IMG/VR virus record: IMGVR_UViG_3300009179_000175
Span: 42,759 to 106,758 of that record
Origin: a virus
Length of the DNA: 64,000 bases
Strand: one strand, 5' to 3'
The notes under the pieces were generated by a model. The model saw only the letters and a program-made list of their open reading frames with translations, had not been told where the DNA came from and searched no databases. Made by a program: the position numbers and the translations under genes. The first letter of the stretch is position 1, and every line of letters starts with the position of its first letter. Of the stretch, positions 1-8,912 are shown one piece after another.

Positions 1-9
1 TTGTCATCG

Positions 10-387
10 CTACGATACCTTCATAATGAATGTCGTTCCGTCCTCTCGAGTGACGAGATACTGCTTGTCTCCCAGGTAGACGGGTTGGGGGGAGCCGAAG
101 CAATCTGAATCAACAATCTCATCTGCTTCGATTTCGATGATCTTGAGAGTATCGCTGTCGGGGAGTTTAACCAAATGAGGCATATACCAAGCATGGTGCA
201 GCGGAACGGTCCATCGGGTATCTCGATACAGCATCTTCAAAAGAAAGTGGTGAACCATTTTAGCGTGAGCATCGCACCCCGCCTTCGGCATCACCACCAG
301 TCGATCATGCTCTACCAAACTCCTCATCACTTCCTGATGCTTCTCGGGTATCTTGTCAAAATCTACCGTAGGCATATGAAATGTCAT
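10..387 (-). CDS. hypothetical protein
   Basis: 125-aa ORF in the co-oriented minus-strand array; no recognised motif. Confidence 0.6.
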   Translation of the reverse strand: MTFHMPTVDFDKIPEKHQEVMRSLVEHDRLVVMPKAGCDAHAKMVHHFLLKMLYRDTRWTVPLHHAWYMPHLVKLPDSDTLKIIEIEADEIVDSDCFGSPQPVYLGDKQYLVTREDGTTFIMKVS

Positions 388-657
388 GGTGTCCTCAACT
401 CGATAGGCAAGAATTCGCTGTTATACACCTTTGCCACATGCTGCCTGGCCCATCGCCAGACATCGGAAGAATACTTCCCAAGTAAAACCGGTAATTCGGA
501 TTCGACTACCAAATCCAGTGGCCCAATTTCCACTCGATAGACGTGAGTGGGAGTTTTCAAAACGAAGGTTTGTTCTACCATAACCTCAATCCTTCTACCC
601 TGCCATTCGATAATGGCATTTTGATTGGCTTCGGAGCGGGGTTTTAAGCCGCTCCAC

Positions 658-1698
658 CTAAGTCGTTTCTGCCGCTCTCTTGGTGTACCAATGGCGGATC
701 AGCGCTTCAATCTCTTCGATACTGCGAGAAATCGCCCAGTCTTCGCGGGTAGACTTGCAGGTGCCCACGATGAAGTTCTGCACGAAGTCGGTCATAAACG
801 CACCCAGTTCCTTTCCGTCGAGCCCGGTGATCTGTCTCACCAGCTCTCCATTGAACTTGTCCCTGGCAGCCCTGCTCTTCTGCATCTGGTTCTGAGCGTC
901 CTCGTAATCTCCTCGGAAATTCGGGAACTGCTGGAACGCCTTGGCGAGCCACTGAATACGGAGATCGCTCTTGGAGATTTCTTCCTTTTCCGGAATACCA
1001 TTAGCCGGATCGTTCACCCAACGCAGAAACTTCTGGTAGGTTAAACGCTTGCGATCGCGCACGCGCGCCTGGTGATTCGTTTCGTCCAATCGGAAGATCG
1101 TGCGGTTAGCCAGCGGAATAGACACCGCGTAGCGAAACACATCTTCCAACTCATCGAATCCCTCGAGCCAACGGTTAAAGTCGTAGCCGGCAAACTCCAG
1201 AGCTTCCTTCCACGAAGCTGTCACCTCGATCTCTTTGAGCGCGTTGCTGCTGTTGCCTTCCTCTCGCACCACGAACAGCAATCCCTTATGCCCCAGCTTG
1301 AACCCGGCTCGGTGAAAGATTCGACCGAGTAGATTGCCCAGATCGTTGAACGCGAAGTAAGACGCGGCGGATTCCAGATGCTTGCAATCCACGTGGATCA
1401 AGTCCACCTGGAAGATCTCGTCCTCGTTTAAGCGTAACGCATACGACACCACCGGGCCGTTCTTCACGAACTTGATAGCCTTCAGAGTTCGGCCCATGTC
1501 TTCGGGAGTGATGTGGTCGCCGCACCAGATGATATCCAGGTCACCGAACGAGTCCTTGTTCCTGTAAGACACCACCGGTTCGAAGTGATTGGTCGGAAAC
1601 CCAATCTCCAGCCTACCCATGCACGCTGTCGCCACTGTCAAGAAACCATTCTGGTCGAGACGACGAGTTTTGAATTCGGGAAAAGCGTGTCCACCCAT
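658..1698 (-). CDS. putative nucleotidyltransferase (Pol beta superfamily-like), conserved large-phage protein
   Basis: Start MGGHAF with upstream GGGGTG; SFGDLDII and FQVDLI acidic motifs typical of the NTase fold. Confidence 0.5.
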   Translation of the reverse strand: MGGHAFPEFKTRRLDQNGFLTVATACMGRLEIGFPTNHFEPVVSYRNKDSFGDLDIIWCGDHITPEDMGRTLKAIKFVKNGPVVSYALRLNEDEIFQVDLIHVDCKHLESAASYFAFNDLGNLLGRIFHRAGFKLGHKGLLFVVREEGNSSNALKEIEVTASWKEALEFAGYDFNRWLEGFDELEDVFRYAVSIPLANRTIFRLDETNHQARVRDRKRLTYQKFLRWVNDPANGIPEKEEISKSDLRIQWLAKAFQQFPNFRGDYEDAQNQMQKSRAARDKFNGELVRQITGLDGKELGAFMTDFVQNFIVGTCKSTREDWAISRSIEEIEALIRHWYTKRAAETT

Positions 1699-1911
1699 TT
1701 TATCACCCCGGCTTGCCAAGAGTTAAGACAATGCGCTGATTATCGGTACGCACCAAATCAATAACGCACCAACCGTCGACGCAACTCACTGGAATACAGT
1801 TCTGTATGATTTCCTTCGGCTTCAAACCCCCAGGATAGAAATTGATTTCCTTGATTTCAGCAACCTGCCGACCCCGAGGGAACTTATACATCTCGGGAAC
1901 CTTGTAAACTC

Positions 1912-2364
1912 TCATTGCCAGCCCCTGTTAACCGTAATGTCAAAGTTGTCACCGACCACCAGCTCGAAACGCTCGGCGATCTGCGCCTTGCCCGTATAAG
2001 CCGGGTCCGTGTACGACTTGACACCCACGGCAACCCGCGAGGTGCGGAACCAGCTATTGATCTGGCTTACCATGTTACCGATCGCTTCGCCCGAATCGCG
2101 GTAAGCTTCGTAATCGCGCTTGCCGTTCTGCGCGTCCATTGCAATCTTGTAATACTCACGCAGCTTGGGCAGAGACTTGGCAGCGAAATTGGGCTTCTCG
2201 GAGAGGTTGAACTTCAGGTCCTGAATGACCTTGGTCAGCCCCTCGAGGATGGCAGGAACATCCCGGAACCACCGCGCCTGCTGCTTGGCTTGCTGGGCGT
2301 CCAGGAAGGCTTCGAACTTGGCTTGGCGGTTACCTGAGTTGCTGGGCTTGCCGTACATTTTCAC
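1912..2364 (-). CDS. hypothetical early protein
   Basis: ORF directly downstream of the promoter cassette at 2398-2460. Confidence 0.7.
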   Translation of the reverse strand: MKMYGKPSNSGNRQAKFEAFLDAQQAKQQARWFRDVPAILEGLTKVIQDLKFNLSEKPNFAAKSLPKLREYYKIAMDAQNGKRDYEAYRDSGEAIGNMVSQINSWFRTSRVAVGVKSYTDPAYTGKAQIAERFELVVGDNFDITVNRGWQ

Positions 2365-2397
2365 TGACCTCGTTGTGTTTTCCTACTTCTTGTGCAT

Positions 2398-2460
2398 AGT
2401 ATAGCAGCCGCAGGCAGGAAAGTCAAGCCTTTCAGGAAAAATTTTGCGAAAATATTTTCA
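2398..2460 (-). promoter_or_regulatory. sigma70-type early promoter cassette
   Basis: Minus strand TTGACT-N17-TATACT, extended -10 TG, upstream A/T tract; repeated elsewhere. Confidence 0.85.
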
Positions 2461-2474
2461 CATAAAAGTGACGG

Positions 2475-2951
2475 CTATCGTTTCTTCGTATGCGCTTCGA
2501 TCGAGGTTTTGACAGCGTACTTAGCTTTTCGTGTAGCAATTTCGTGAGCCGCATCCTCGCCGTAGCGATCCTGCTTGGCATGAGCTTTGGCTACTTCGTA
2601 GGCGGCATCGAACGCTTTTTTGTGATTACCGGCGACGACGTGCTTCCAGGCTGCGTTGTGGATATCTCTCTTGCGAGCTTCGGCATCGCTGCTCGAAGAA
2701 GACGTCGGTGCGGTTTTATGAGGCGTGGAACTCATCTGTCGATTGGCATCTGCTTCCGATCTCGAAAACCCGAAGAGTTCATTGATAAATTCATCGAAGT
2801 TTAAGATGGTTCCCGGAATGGTGTTCTCGTTCATCATCTTCTTGAACACCGTGGTGACCACTGCATAGTATCCGTTATCATCCGAATATTTGCTTTTATC
2901 CACTGCATTCTTGGCTTCTTCCCACTTCTTCTCGGCATCGGATACTGACAT
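2475..2951 (-). CDS. hypothetical protein (Lys/Ala-rich, helical)
   Basis: 158-aa ORF. Confidence 0.6.
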   Translation of the reverse strand: MSVSDAEKKWEEAKNAVDKSKYSDDNGYYAVVTTVFKKMMNENTIPGTILNFDEFINELFGFSRSEADANRQMSSTPHKTAPTSSSSSDAEARKRDIHNAAWKHVVAGNHKKAFDAAYEVAKAHAKQDRYGEDAAHEIATRKAKYAVKTSIEAHTKKR

Positions 2952-3010
2952 TCCGATGTTTGTCGGCTAATTTCTTTACGAATCCTGTAGGCATCTTCGT
3001 TTCCTCCTGA

Positions 3011-3991
3011 TTATTGATTTCTTATAGTACCTATTTGAAAGGCTTTTCTTCCAAGGCGATTTATCGTATTTATAATCAGATTTTTAACCGTACCGTCTTT
3101 GACGATAAGAACGAAGCCGATGCCGCAGTTGAACACTCTTCGCATCTCATCGTCGTCGATGCCACCGCAATCCTGAATGGTCTCGAAGATACCGGAGATA
3201 GGGGGTAGATCCCATTCGGCAGTCAGATGCTCGGGAATCACTCTGGCCGTATTCGCTTGAAGTCCGCCGCCGGTGACATGAGCCATGGCGTGGATTTCAG
3301 GACATCTGACTGCCTTGATGATTCGAGGGTAGAGTACGGTCGGGCGCATGATGTCTTCTCGCAAGCTATCATCGCTCCAGTCGCACTCGTTGAAGATTTT
3401 GCGTATCAGGGTGTACCCGTTGGAATGCGGTCCATCGGATTCGATTCCGATAATCGCGTCGCCGTTGCATACCAGATGCGGTCCGCGGATGTCGTTGCGA
3501 TCGACTATGCCGACCCCGAAGCCCGCCATATCGTAATCGTTCGGGGTTTTCATGAGCCCGGGAAGTTCCGCGGTCTCTCCTCCGATCAGAGCGACATCGG
3601 CTAATCGGCACGCGGTGGCAATACCGCTCATGATCTGTGACAGCTTGTTCTTGGTAGAACGGATGGAGTTGAGCGCCAGATAGTCGAGAAAGAAGATGGG
3701 GTCGGCACCGCAGGTGATGATGTCGTTGACGACCATTCCAACCAAGTCGAAGCCGACGGTCAGTAGGCATTGATGTGCCTCTAACTCGTCGGCTAATTGA
3801 AGTTTGGAGCCAACTCCATCGGTACTGGCGGCGATCACCTTGTCGGTGTTGGGTATCTGGTATAGACTACAGAATCCACCGACGCCTGAAAGTACATTGG
3901 GGTCATAAGTGGATTGACATAGGTTGAGAAGGGAGGATACGAACATGTCGTTTTCTTTGATGCTTACACCGCACTGCTCATAACTATTCAT
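3011..3991 (-). CDS. purM: phosphoribosylformylglycinamidine cyclo-ligase (AIR synthetase)
   Basis: Y...GV, GGF, STDGVGSKL, DLVGMVVNDI...GADPIFFLDYLA, LIGGETAELPG, SDGPHSNGYTL, AHVTGGGL, FNCGIG motifs. Confidence 0.95.
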   Translation of the reverse strand: MNSYEQCGVSIKENDMFVSSLLNLCQSTYDPNVLSGVGGFCSLYQIPNTDKVIAASTDGVGSKLQLADELEAHQCLLTVGFDLVGMVVNDIITCGADPIFFLDYLALNSIRSTKNKLSQIMSGIATACRLADVALIGGETAELPGLMKTPNDYDMAGFGVGIVDRNDIRGPHLVCNGDAIIGIESDGPHSNGYTLIRKIFNECDWSDDSLREDIMRPTVLYPRIIKAVRCPEIHAMAHVTGGGLQANTARVIPEHLTAEWDLPPISGIFETIQDCGGIDDDEMRRVFNCGIGFVLIVKDGTVKNLIINTINRLGRKAFQIGTIRNQ

Positions 3992-4235
3992 TTTTTAAAA
4001 ACTCCTCTATTTTTGGGCATTGGCGCGGCTTCAATTCGGCATCTCTAAATCCATAAGAGTGCGTTTCTAAAACCGTGATACGTTGGCAGTTACTCACACC
4101 TAATCGAATGAATGCTTTGGTGTAATACGTTCCGATAATCTGGTGGTACATGGACCATCCGGTCATCAGAAGGATTAGAATCATGACAGCCACGATGATT
4201 ACATTATGATTAGTCTGAAAGTTTGGTTTCCTCAT
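3984..4235 (-). CDS. small single-TM membrane protein
   Basis: Hydrophobic VIIVAVMILILLMTGW segment. Confidence 0.6.
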   Translation of the reverse strand: MRKPNFQTNHNVIIVAVMILILLMTGWSMYHQIIGTYYTKAFIRLGVSNCQRITVLETHSYGFRDAELKPRQCPKIEEFLKNE

Positions 4236-4551
4236 TTACATGTTCCTGGATAAGACGATTGAGTTCAGCCAATTTGGCGACAGCTTTATCATGCAGGAGA
4301 GGGTTCGTGGTTTTCAATTCTTCAATGATAATGATTTGAGCTTCGAGGATTTGAACACTGAATTCCTCATGTTTCGAAACATGGCGTTCCAGATAGTTGA
4401 GTTTATAATCCACGAATCCCGACCAGCATATCAGAAAGATGATGATGGCTAAGAGAGAGACAAAGAAGACCCACTCTTTGTGACGATGATATCTTTGAAT
4501 GCATTCACCTGTCGAATGTTTTTCTCGAAGGTAAGCCAGAATGTTTCTCAT
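4210..4551 (-). CDS. single-TM membrane protein with coiled coil
   Basis: WVFFVSLLAIIIFLICWSG segment. Confidence 0.6.
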   Translation of the reverse strand: MRNILAYLREKHSTGECIQRYHRHKEWVFFVSLLAIIIFLICWSGFVDYKLNYLERHVSKHEEFSVQILEAQIIIIEELKTTNPLLHDKAVAKLAELNRLIQEHVNEETKLSD

Positions 4552-4818
4552 TGATTTTTACTGCCCTCCTCTTCAATATAAGTGCAGGGCTCTGCTTTTC
4601 CAAAAACAGCAGTCTCAAGATTTTGAACACGATGACACAATCCTTGTCCGTGAATGGCCGTGAATCTTGGACCAAGACTCATGAAACTTTGGATTCGAGT
4701 CTTGAACTCATAGTAGTGCCACATTTGGAACCCGAATCAGAAATGCCAGCATGATAATGTAGAGGGTTCCTGTGTTACATTTGATAGTATCGCAGATTTT
4801 ACGATAAACGGTTTTCAT
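4548..4818 (-). CDS. membrane protein similar to 3984-4235, interrupted by one extra base
   Basis: Removing the base at 4734 joins MKTVYRK...MLAFLI to GFQMWHYY...CHRVQNLET...CTYIEE; length 271 = 3n+1. Confidence 0.5.
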
Positions 4819-5174
4819 CCTATATCCTCCTCAAAAGGAAAACGCTCGAGTAGCGGGCATGTCGAGGGACGCTCCGGTGATCTCTGACAGACACGAATCT
4901 GGGCATGTAAAGTGGCGAGAAATCTCTGATGTTTTGCCATCTTTTCAAGTATTTTACTCTTCTCTTCCTCGCATAACTTTAGATGTTCTCTTAGTTGTTT
5001 GATGTCTGATCGCATCTCATCTCGAAATTCTTTTTCAGCTTGGTCAAGATTATCTTCTTTTCTATCGGCTTGGAGAATGCGCCATATCTTGTAGAGTAGC
5101 ACTAGGGCCGCTGAACCAGCAGCTCCGACAACTGAATTATCTTTGATGAGATCAAAAACTAAATTTTGATCCAT
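4815..5174 (-). CDS. N-terminal TM plus coiled-coil protein
   Basis: True start MDQNL; the longer track ORF runs through the tmRNA. Confidence 0.6.
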   Translation of the reverse strand: MDQNLVFDLIKDNSVVGAAGSAALVLLYKIWRILQADRKEDNLDQAEKEFRDEMRSDIKQLREHLKLCEEEKSKILEKMAKHQRFLATLHAQIRVCQRSPERPSTCPLLERFPFEEDIG

Positions 5175-5203
5175 TGAACGTCCTTCATCGTTTGATGTGG
5201 TTG

Positions 5204-5564
5204 TGGTGGAGGTGGCGGGATTCGAACCCGCGTCCGAACAGTCTTTCACGAAGGGTTCTACGAGTGTAGTCCATCTCCTACTGGGCACCCTGTCTGATGG
5301 AACGAGCCTTGAGTGTCAGGAGTGACCGTATTTTCTTCGTCTAGGCTTTAGGTCTCTCTCTTCTCCTAGACTAGCCTACACTAGCGGCGTTGGCATTGGG
5401 TTACTGCAGGCGTTCGCCCGCCAACGGATCAAGCGGCTAAGGCTTGATCGTAAACTGCGTCGTTAGATGCGTCGTTTACTTTGAATTTGAGTTGATTTAA
5501 GTGGCACTCACCACTACTCGCTGTCTTAGTTACTCATCCTATCCGTCGAAACCTGGGCACCCCC
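5204..5564 (-). ncRNA. ssrA: tmRNA (361 nt), tag frame ending ...ASNDAVYDQALAA*
   Basis: 5' GGGGGTG pairs with 3' CACCTCC-A-CCA with a G3.U pair; T-arm GCGGG-TTCGAAT-CCCGC; internal frame GCA TCT AAC GAC GCA GTT TAC GAT CAA GCC TTA GCC GCT TGA. Confidence 0.95.
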
Positions 5565-5589
5565 ATATGTTCGTGCTGTACATGCCAAT

Positions 5590-5889
5590 CTACTCGGTTT
5601 TATCTTTCAAATGTTTCATTGCATTATACCCGTGCTTCTTCGCAAACTCAATCTTTGCGCTCTCCGCTTCGTCGGGTGTGGCGTGAGTAGAAATCGTCTG
5701 TACCTTTGTTCTTCCGCGAGGCGATTCCTTATTGGGCTGGAATACCACGTTATACTTGCCTTCGCCTTCCTTATTGAAAGGATTGACAGTGGTGAATACC
5801 GTCCCGCCGCGCTTATCTGTCTTATGAGTCTGCGGTGGCGTGGCTTCGTCTACGATCTGTTCTTCGATGAACTCTGCGAATGTTTTCAT
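5590..5889 (-). CDS. putative internal head protein (N-terminus MKTFAEFIEE)
   Basis: N-terminus resembles T4 capsid-targeting sequence MKTYQEFIAE. Confidence 0.6.
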   Translation of the reverse strand: MKTFAEFIEEQIVDEATPPQTHKTDKRGGTVFTTVNPFNKEGEGKYNVVFQPNKESPRGRTKVQTISTHATPDEAESAKIEFAKKHGYNAMKHLKDKTE

Positions 5890-5907
5890 TTCTTCTTATC
5901 CTATTGA

Positions 5908-6144
5908 TTAGGCTTTTACGTGAACCGATAAGGTAGCCTTATTCTCTGGGTGAGTGTAAGTATGCTGGACGACTTTTCTGGCGCCCTTGCTAGGTCTCAC
6001 TGCCGTGACATCCTTCTTTTCCCAGCCTTTATCTTTCAGTTCAGAATCCCTCTTCGTGAATTCGTCTTTGGTATGAACCTTGTTGCCTGAATAAGATGGC
6101 TGCACTAAGGCTTCGCTTACTAAAAATTCTTCGAATGTTTTCAT
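5908..6144 (-). CDS. putative internal head protein (MKTFEEFLVSE)
   Basis: CTS-like N-terminus; TATAAATA at 6188-6195 upstream. Confidence 0.6.
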   Translation of the reverse strand: MKTFEEFLVSEALVQPSYSGNKVHTKDEFTKRDSELKDKGWEKKDVTAVRPSKGARKVVQHTYTHPENKATLSVHVKA

Positions 6145-6187
6145 GACGTTTTCCTTTTCTAAATGGTGAATATCTAATTCTCAACGC

Positions 6188-6195
6188 TATTTATA
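6188..6195 (-). promoter_or_regulatory. T4-type late promoter TATAAATA
   Basis: Exact consensus upstream of CTS-bearing ORFs. Confidence 0.65.
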
Positions 6196-6570
6196 GACTG
6201 CGAAGCAGGGGGATTCGGTCCCGATGTTTCACCAGGCGAAGCTGGAACATAAGAAGACAAATCGACATTCAGTAGAGGTCTAATCTTCCAAAACCAAGCT
6301 TCGAACTCTTTGAACTCTTCGGGTGGCGCTTTGGCTTTGGCATCCTTATAGAGTTTAGATAGTTGCTGATGTAATCCGAACTTGGTTTGATCGAGCCATC
6401 TACTCACGGCTGCGTTTTCCAAATTTTAAAGATGAGCCAGTTAAAACGTGGCCATTCCGATTTTAAACGAACCTCGAACAGGAAACCGCGCCAGCTCTTC
6501 TCGACAGTCACTTCCCCGAAGAGGGCTAAAATGACAAGCATAAGGACCATGATGAACCACCACATAGTAA

Positions 6571-7215
6571 TCACCACTCTATAGGTTGAATGTTGTGCAT
6601 AGTTAGGTATTGGTTGGTACGGCTAAACGGTCGGCTTCCAAAGAAGCCTTGATGAGCCGAAAACGGGCTGGGGTGCGCCGACGAGATAATCAAATGCTTC
6701 TCGTCATCGATGATAGAAGATTTGGATTGCGCGAACTTGCCCCATAGGATGAATACCAAGTGCTCTCGTCTATCCGAAAGATACTTGATAATTCGATTGG
6801 TAATCTTTTGCCAGCCCAAATCACCGTGAGAGGCGGGTTTGCTTTTTAACACGGTCAAGGACGCATTGAGGAGCATGACACCTTGAGACGCCCAATGCTC
6901 GAGAGTCTCATCGGTTTTGAACTGCCCGATATCCGAGGTCAGTTCTTTGAAGATGTTAACCAGCGATGGTGGTTTAGCGATACCATGATTGACGGCGAAG
7001 GCAAAGCCGTTGGCCTGTCCTTCGCCGTGATAGGGATCCTGTCCGACGATAACCACCTTGACCGAATCGAGATTCTCTATAGCTCTGAAGATGCATCGTG
7101 CCGGTGGATAGATCACTTCCGTCTTCGCTTCTTCCTTCAGCCTATCGAAGATACGCTTCAAAAGATCCTTGTCTTCCTTCGTACAGACAGAAGCGACCCA
7201 ATCCAGATTAGCCAT
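6571..7215 (-). CDS. ung: uracil-DNA glycosylase (family 1)
   Basis: VKVVIVGQDPYH, QANGFAF, PPSLVNIFKEL, WASQGVMLLN, LWG, SAHPSPFS. Confidence 0.95.
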   Translation of the reverse strand: MANLDWVASVCTKEDKDLLKRIFDRLKEEAKTEVIYPPARCIFRAIENLDSVKVVIVGQDPYHGEGQANGFAFAVNHGIAKPPSLVNIFKELTSDIGQFKTDETLEHWASQGVMLLNASLTVLKSKPASHGDLGWQKITNRIIKYLSDRREHLVFILWGKFAQSKSSIIDDEKHLIISSAHPSPFSAHQGFFGSRPFSRTNQYLTMHNIQPIEW

Positions 7216-7327
7216 TAGATGAACTCTGATGTATTCGGGATATCGATCCCATCGAGATGGGCTTTAATCAGGATGACGAAGAAATAGCCGATCATGACGA
7301 TACCACCTACCATTGCGACGATCTCGT

Positions 7328-7774
7328 TCATTCGAGTACCACTCCTACGGACTTGAGCTCGCCCTCGCACTTGAACAGGCAGAAGCGAGTTTCGGGATTG
7401 ATTTGCTGATAACGCATCAGACGAAGGTCGGCTTCTTCACGAGTAGCGTAAATCTTCGGATTATCACCGAACACCAGCGACCCCTCATCATCGATGATAG
7501 CGATGACGAACTTGCCTTTCAGGCTCTTCTCGTGGTACTCGTTTAGGGCAGCACGCACCTTCTTCACGAACTCGCGAAAGACATGGGAGTGAGCGACCTT
7601 CTCCCTCAATTCGGTAAGAGACATCGGATAATCGCCGGCTGGTAGAGACCACTGATTCGCCAATCGACGAAATCGTCCATTCTGATTGGTCCAAAGCTGG
7701 AGCTGACGGTCGAAGAACAGACCTTGATAGCAGCCGTAAGAAAGCAAAGACGATACATCAAACAAGTCATTCAT
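7328..7774 (-). CDS. hypothetical protein
   Basis: 148-aa ORF. Confidence 0.55.
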   Translation of the reverse strand: MNDLFDVSSLLSYGCYQGLFFDRQLQLWTNQNGRFRRLANQWSLPAGDYPMSLTELREKVAHSHVFREFVKKVRAALNEYHEKSLKGKFVIAIIDDEGSLVFGDNPKIYATREEADLRLMRYQQINPETRFCLFKCEGELKSVGVVLE

Positions 7775-8001
7775 TACATTTTACCTTCTTTAGATAGATA
7801 CGTTATCGCTGCCGTTGGTATCCCTCTTCTTCACGATGGAGATCAGAGGAAAGGTGCGCCCGGCGATGTTGATGGAAAGTTTGAACGTTTTGGGGGTAAA
7901 TTCTACCTTTCCAAAAAGTATCATGGCAATCACGAAAAGCGCAAAGAAGATTTCAAGTATAATCATTTAGGTTACTCCATAAGAAAAATGACGAACGCGA
8001 G

Positions 8002-8748
8002 TTAAGGGTTAGCATTGAATCTATTAGTAGGACTGAGAGGCAACCCCTGGTTAATTCTCGCCTGTTTTTTAGCGAGCTTATCCATCAACTCATCTTCATA
8101 GGATAAGCCGTGGATATCTGCTTTTGACATACCCTTGGTACCATGCCAGGGAGTGACATAGGGTGCTTTATTGACCCCATATCCCGCTCTACTGGTACCG
8201 ATCTTATCCATACCCACTTGAACATTAAACCCACGGATGTTCTTTTTTAGCCACTTTTCAGCCAAATCATTGACGACCTTTTCATTCCCGTAGAAGTTTC
8301 CTTGTCCCTTTACTTTGAACCAGAGTTTGGCATGATAGGCTTCGTGAACAGCCATCGAAACATCATCTGCATTTCGACTTACGAGACTTCTAACGCTGAT
8401 GATTCCGCAGAGTTGACCAGTCTTCTTTAGGTAATCCAATTGCGGAATGAACGATATGCTGCCAACGATGTGGTAAAGCATGACATACACCTTATTGGGC
8501 TGAAGTTGCTTCAGCTTGGGTGGTCGCATGTTATCCCATTTTATAACCATGTCTTTACCAAGAACATCTTCTATAGCCGCCAAGGTAGTCCATTGGGTGG
8601 TGGCTTTTTTCTTCTTGTAAGAATCTACATATATGAAACGGGTGGTGGGATCGCCATCCCACCCCTGTGATTTGAAATACTCATCGTCGGATTGTCGATC
8701 TTCTTCTAACTGCTCTATAATGGAGCAAAATTCTTTAAACTTTATCAT
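8002..8748 (-). CDS. putative internal head protein with HExxH motif
   Basis: MIKFKEF...EQLEE N-terminus; AVHEAYH zincin-like motif; late promoter at 8775-8782. Confidence 0.55.
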   Translation of the reverse strand: MIKFKEFCSIIEQLEEDRQSDDEYFKSQGWDGDPTTRFIYVDSYKKKKATTQWTTLAAIEDVLGKDMVIKWDNMRPPKLKQLQPNKVYVMLYHIVGSISFIPQLDYLKKTGQLCGIISVRSLVSRNADDVSMAVHEAYHAKLWFKVKGQGNFYGNEKVVNDLAEKWLKKNIRGFNVQVGMDKIGTSRAGYGVNKAPYVTPWHGTKGMSKADIHGLSYEDELMDKLAKKQARINQGLPLSPTNRFNANP

Positions 8749-8750
8749 GG

Positions 8751-8798
8751 CAAGGATCCCTCTGGTTTTTGTGATATTTATAACCGAAGGGATCCTTG
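8751..8798 (-). promoter_or_regulatory. late promoter inside an RBS-sequestering inverted repeat
   Basis: CAAGGATCCCT (8751-8761) / AGGGATCCTTG (8788-8798) flank TATAAATA (8775-8782). Confidence 0.7.
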
Positions 8799-8802
8799 TG
8801 AT

Positions 8803-8903
8803 AACTCGAGGTGGGACTCGAACCCACGGCCTGCTTTACCCGACAGCGTTATTGGTCCTTAACCATGAGTCGGTGGCGGTCCTACCAACTGGACGACTCG
8901 AGT
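8803..8903 (-). tRNA. atypical tRNA-like gene with a 28-nt expanded anticodon arm; anticodon undetermined
   Basis: Perfect acceptor ACTCGAG/CTCGAGT, D-arm GTCC-AGTTGGTA-GGAC, T-arm GTGGG-TTCGAGT-CCCAC; 45 nt in place of 17; no CCA. Confidence 0.65.
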
Positions 8904-8912
8904 GTAAGAAGT

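Noticed and set aside
4815-5288. Track ORF N-terminal extensions (also 13093-13398, 13471-13953, 48948-49364, 50460-51575)
   Set aside because: The extensions run through tmRNA, tRNA, Y-like RNA or a neighbouring small ORF; downstream starts fit better.
8803-8903. tRNA-Sec (a TCA triplet is present)
   Set aside because: Acceptor is 7 bp, the D-arm is canonical, TCA is not centred in a 7-nt loop and there is no long variable arm.
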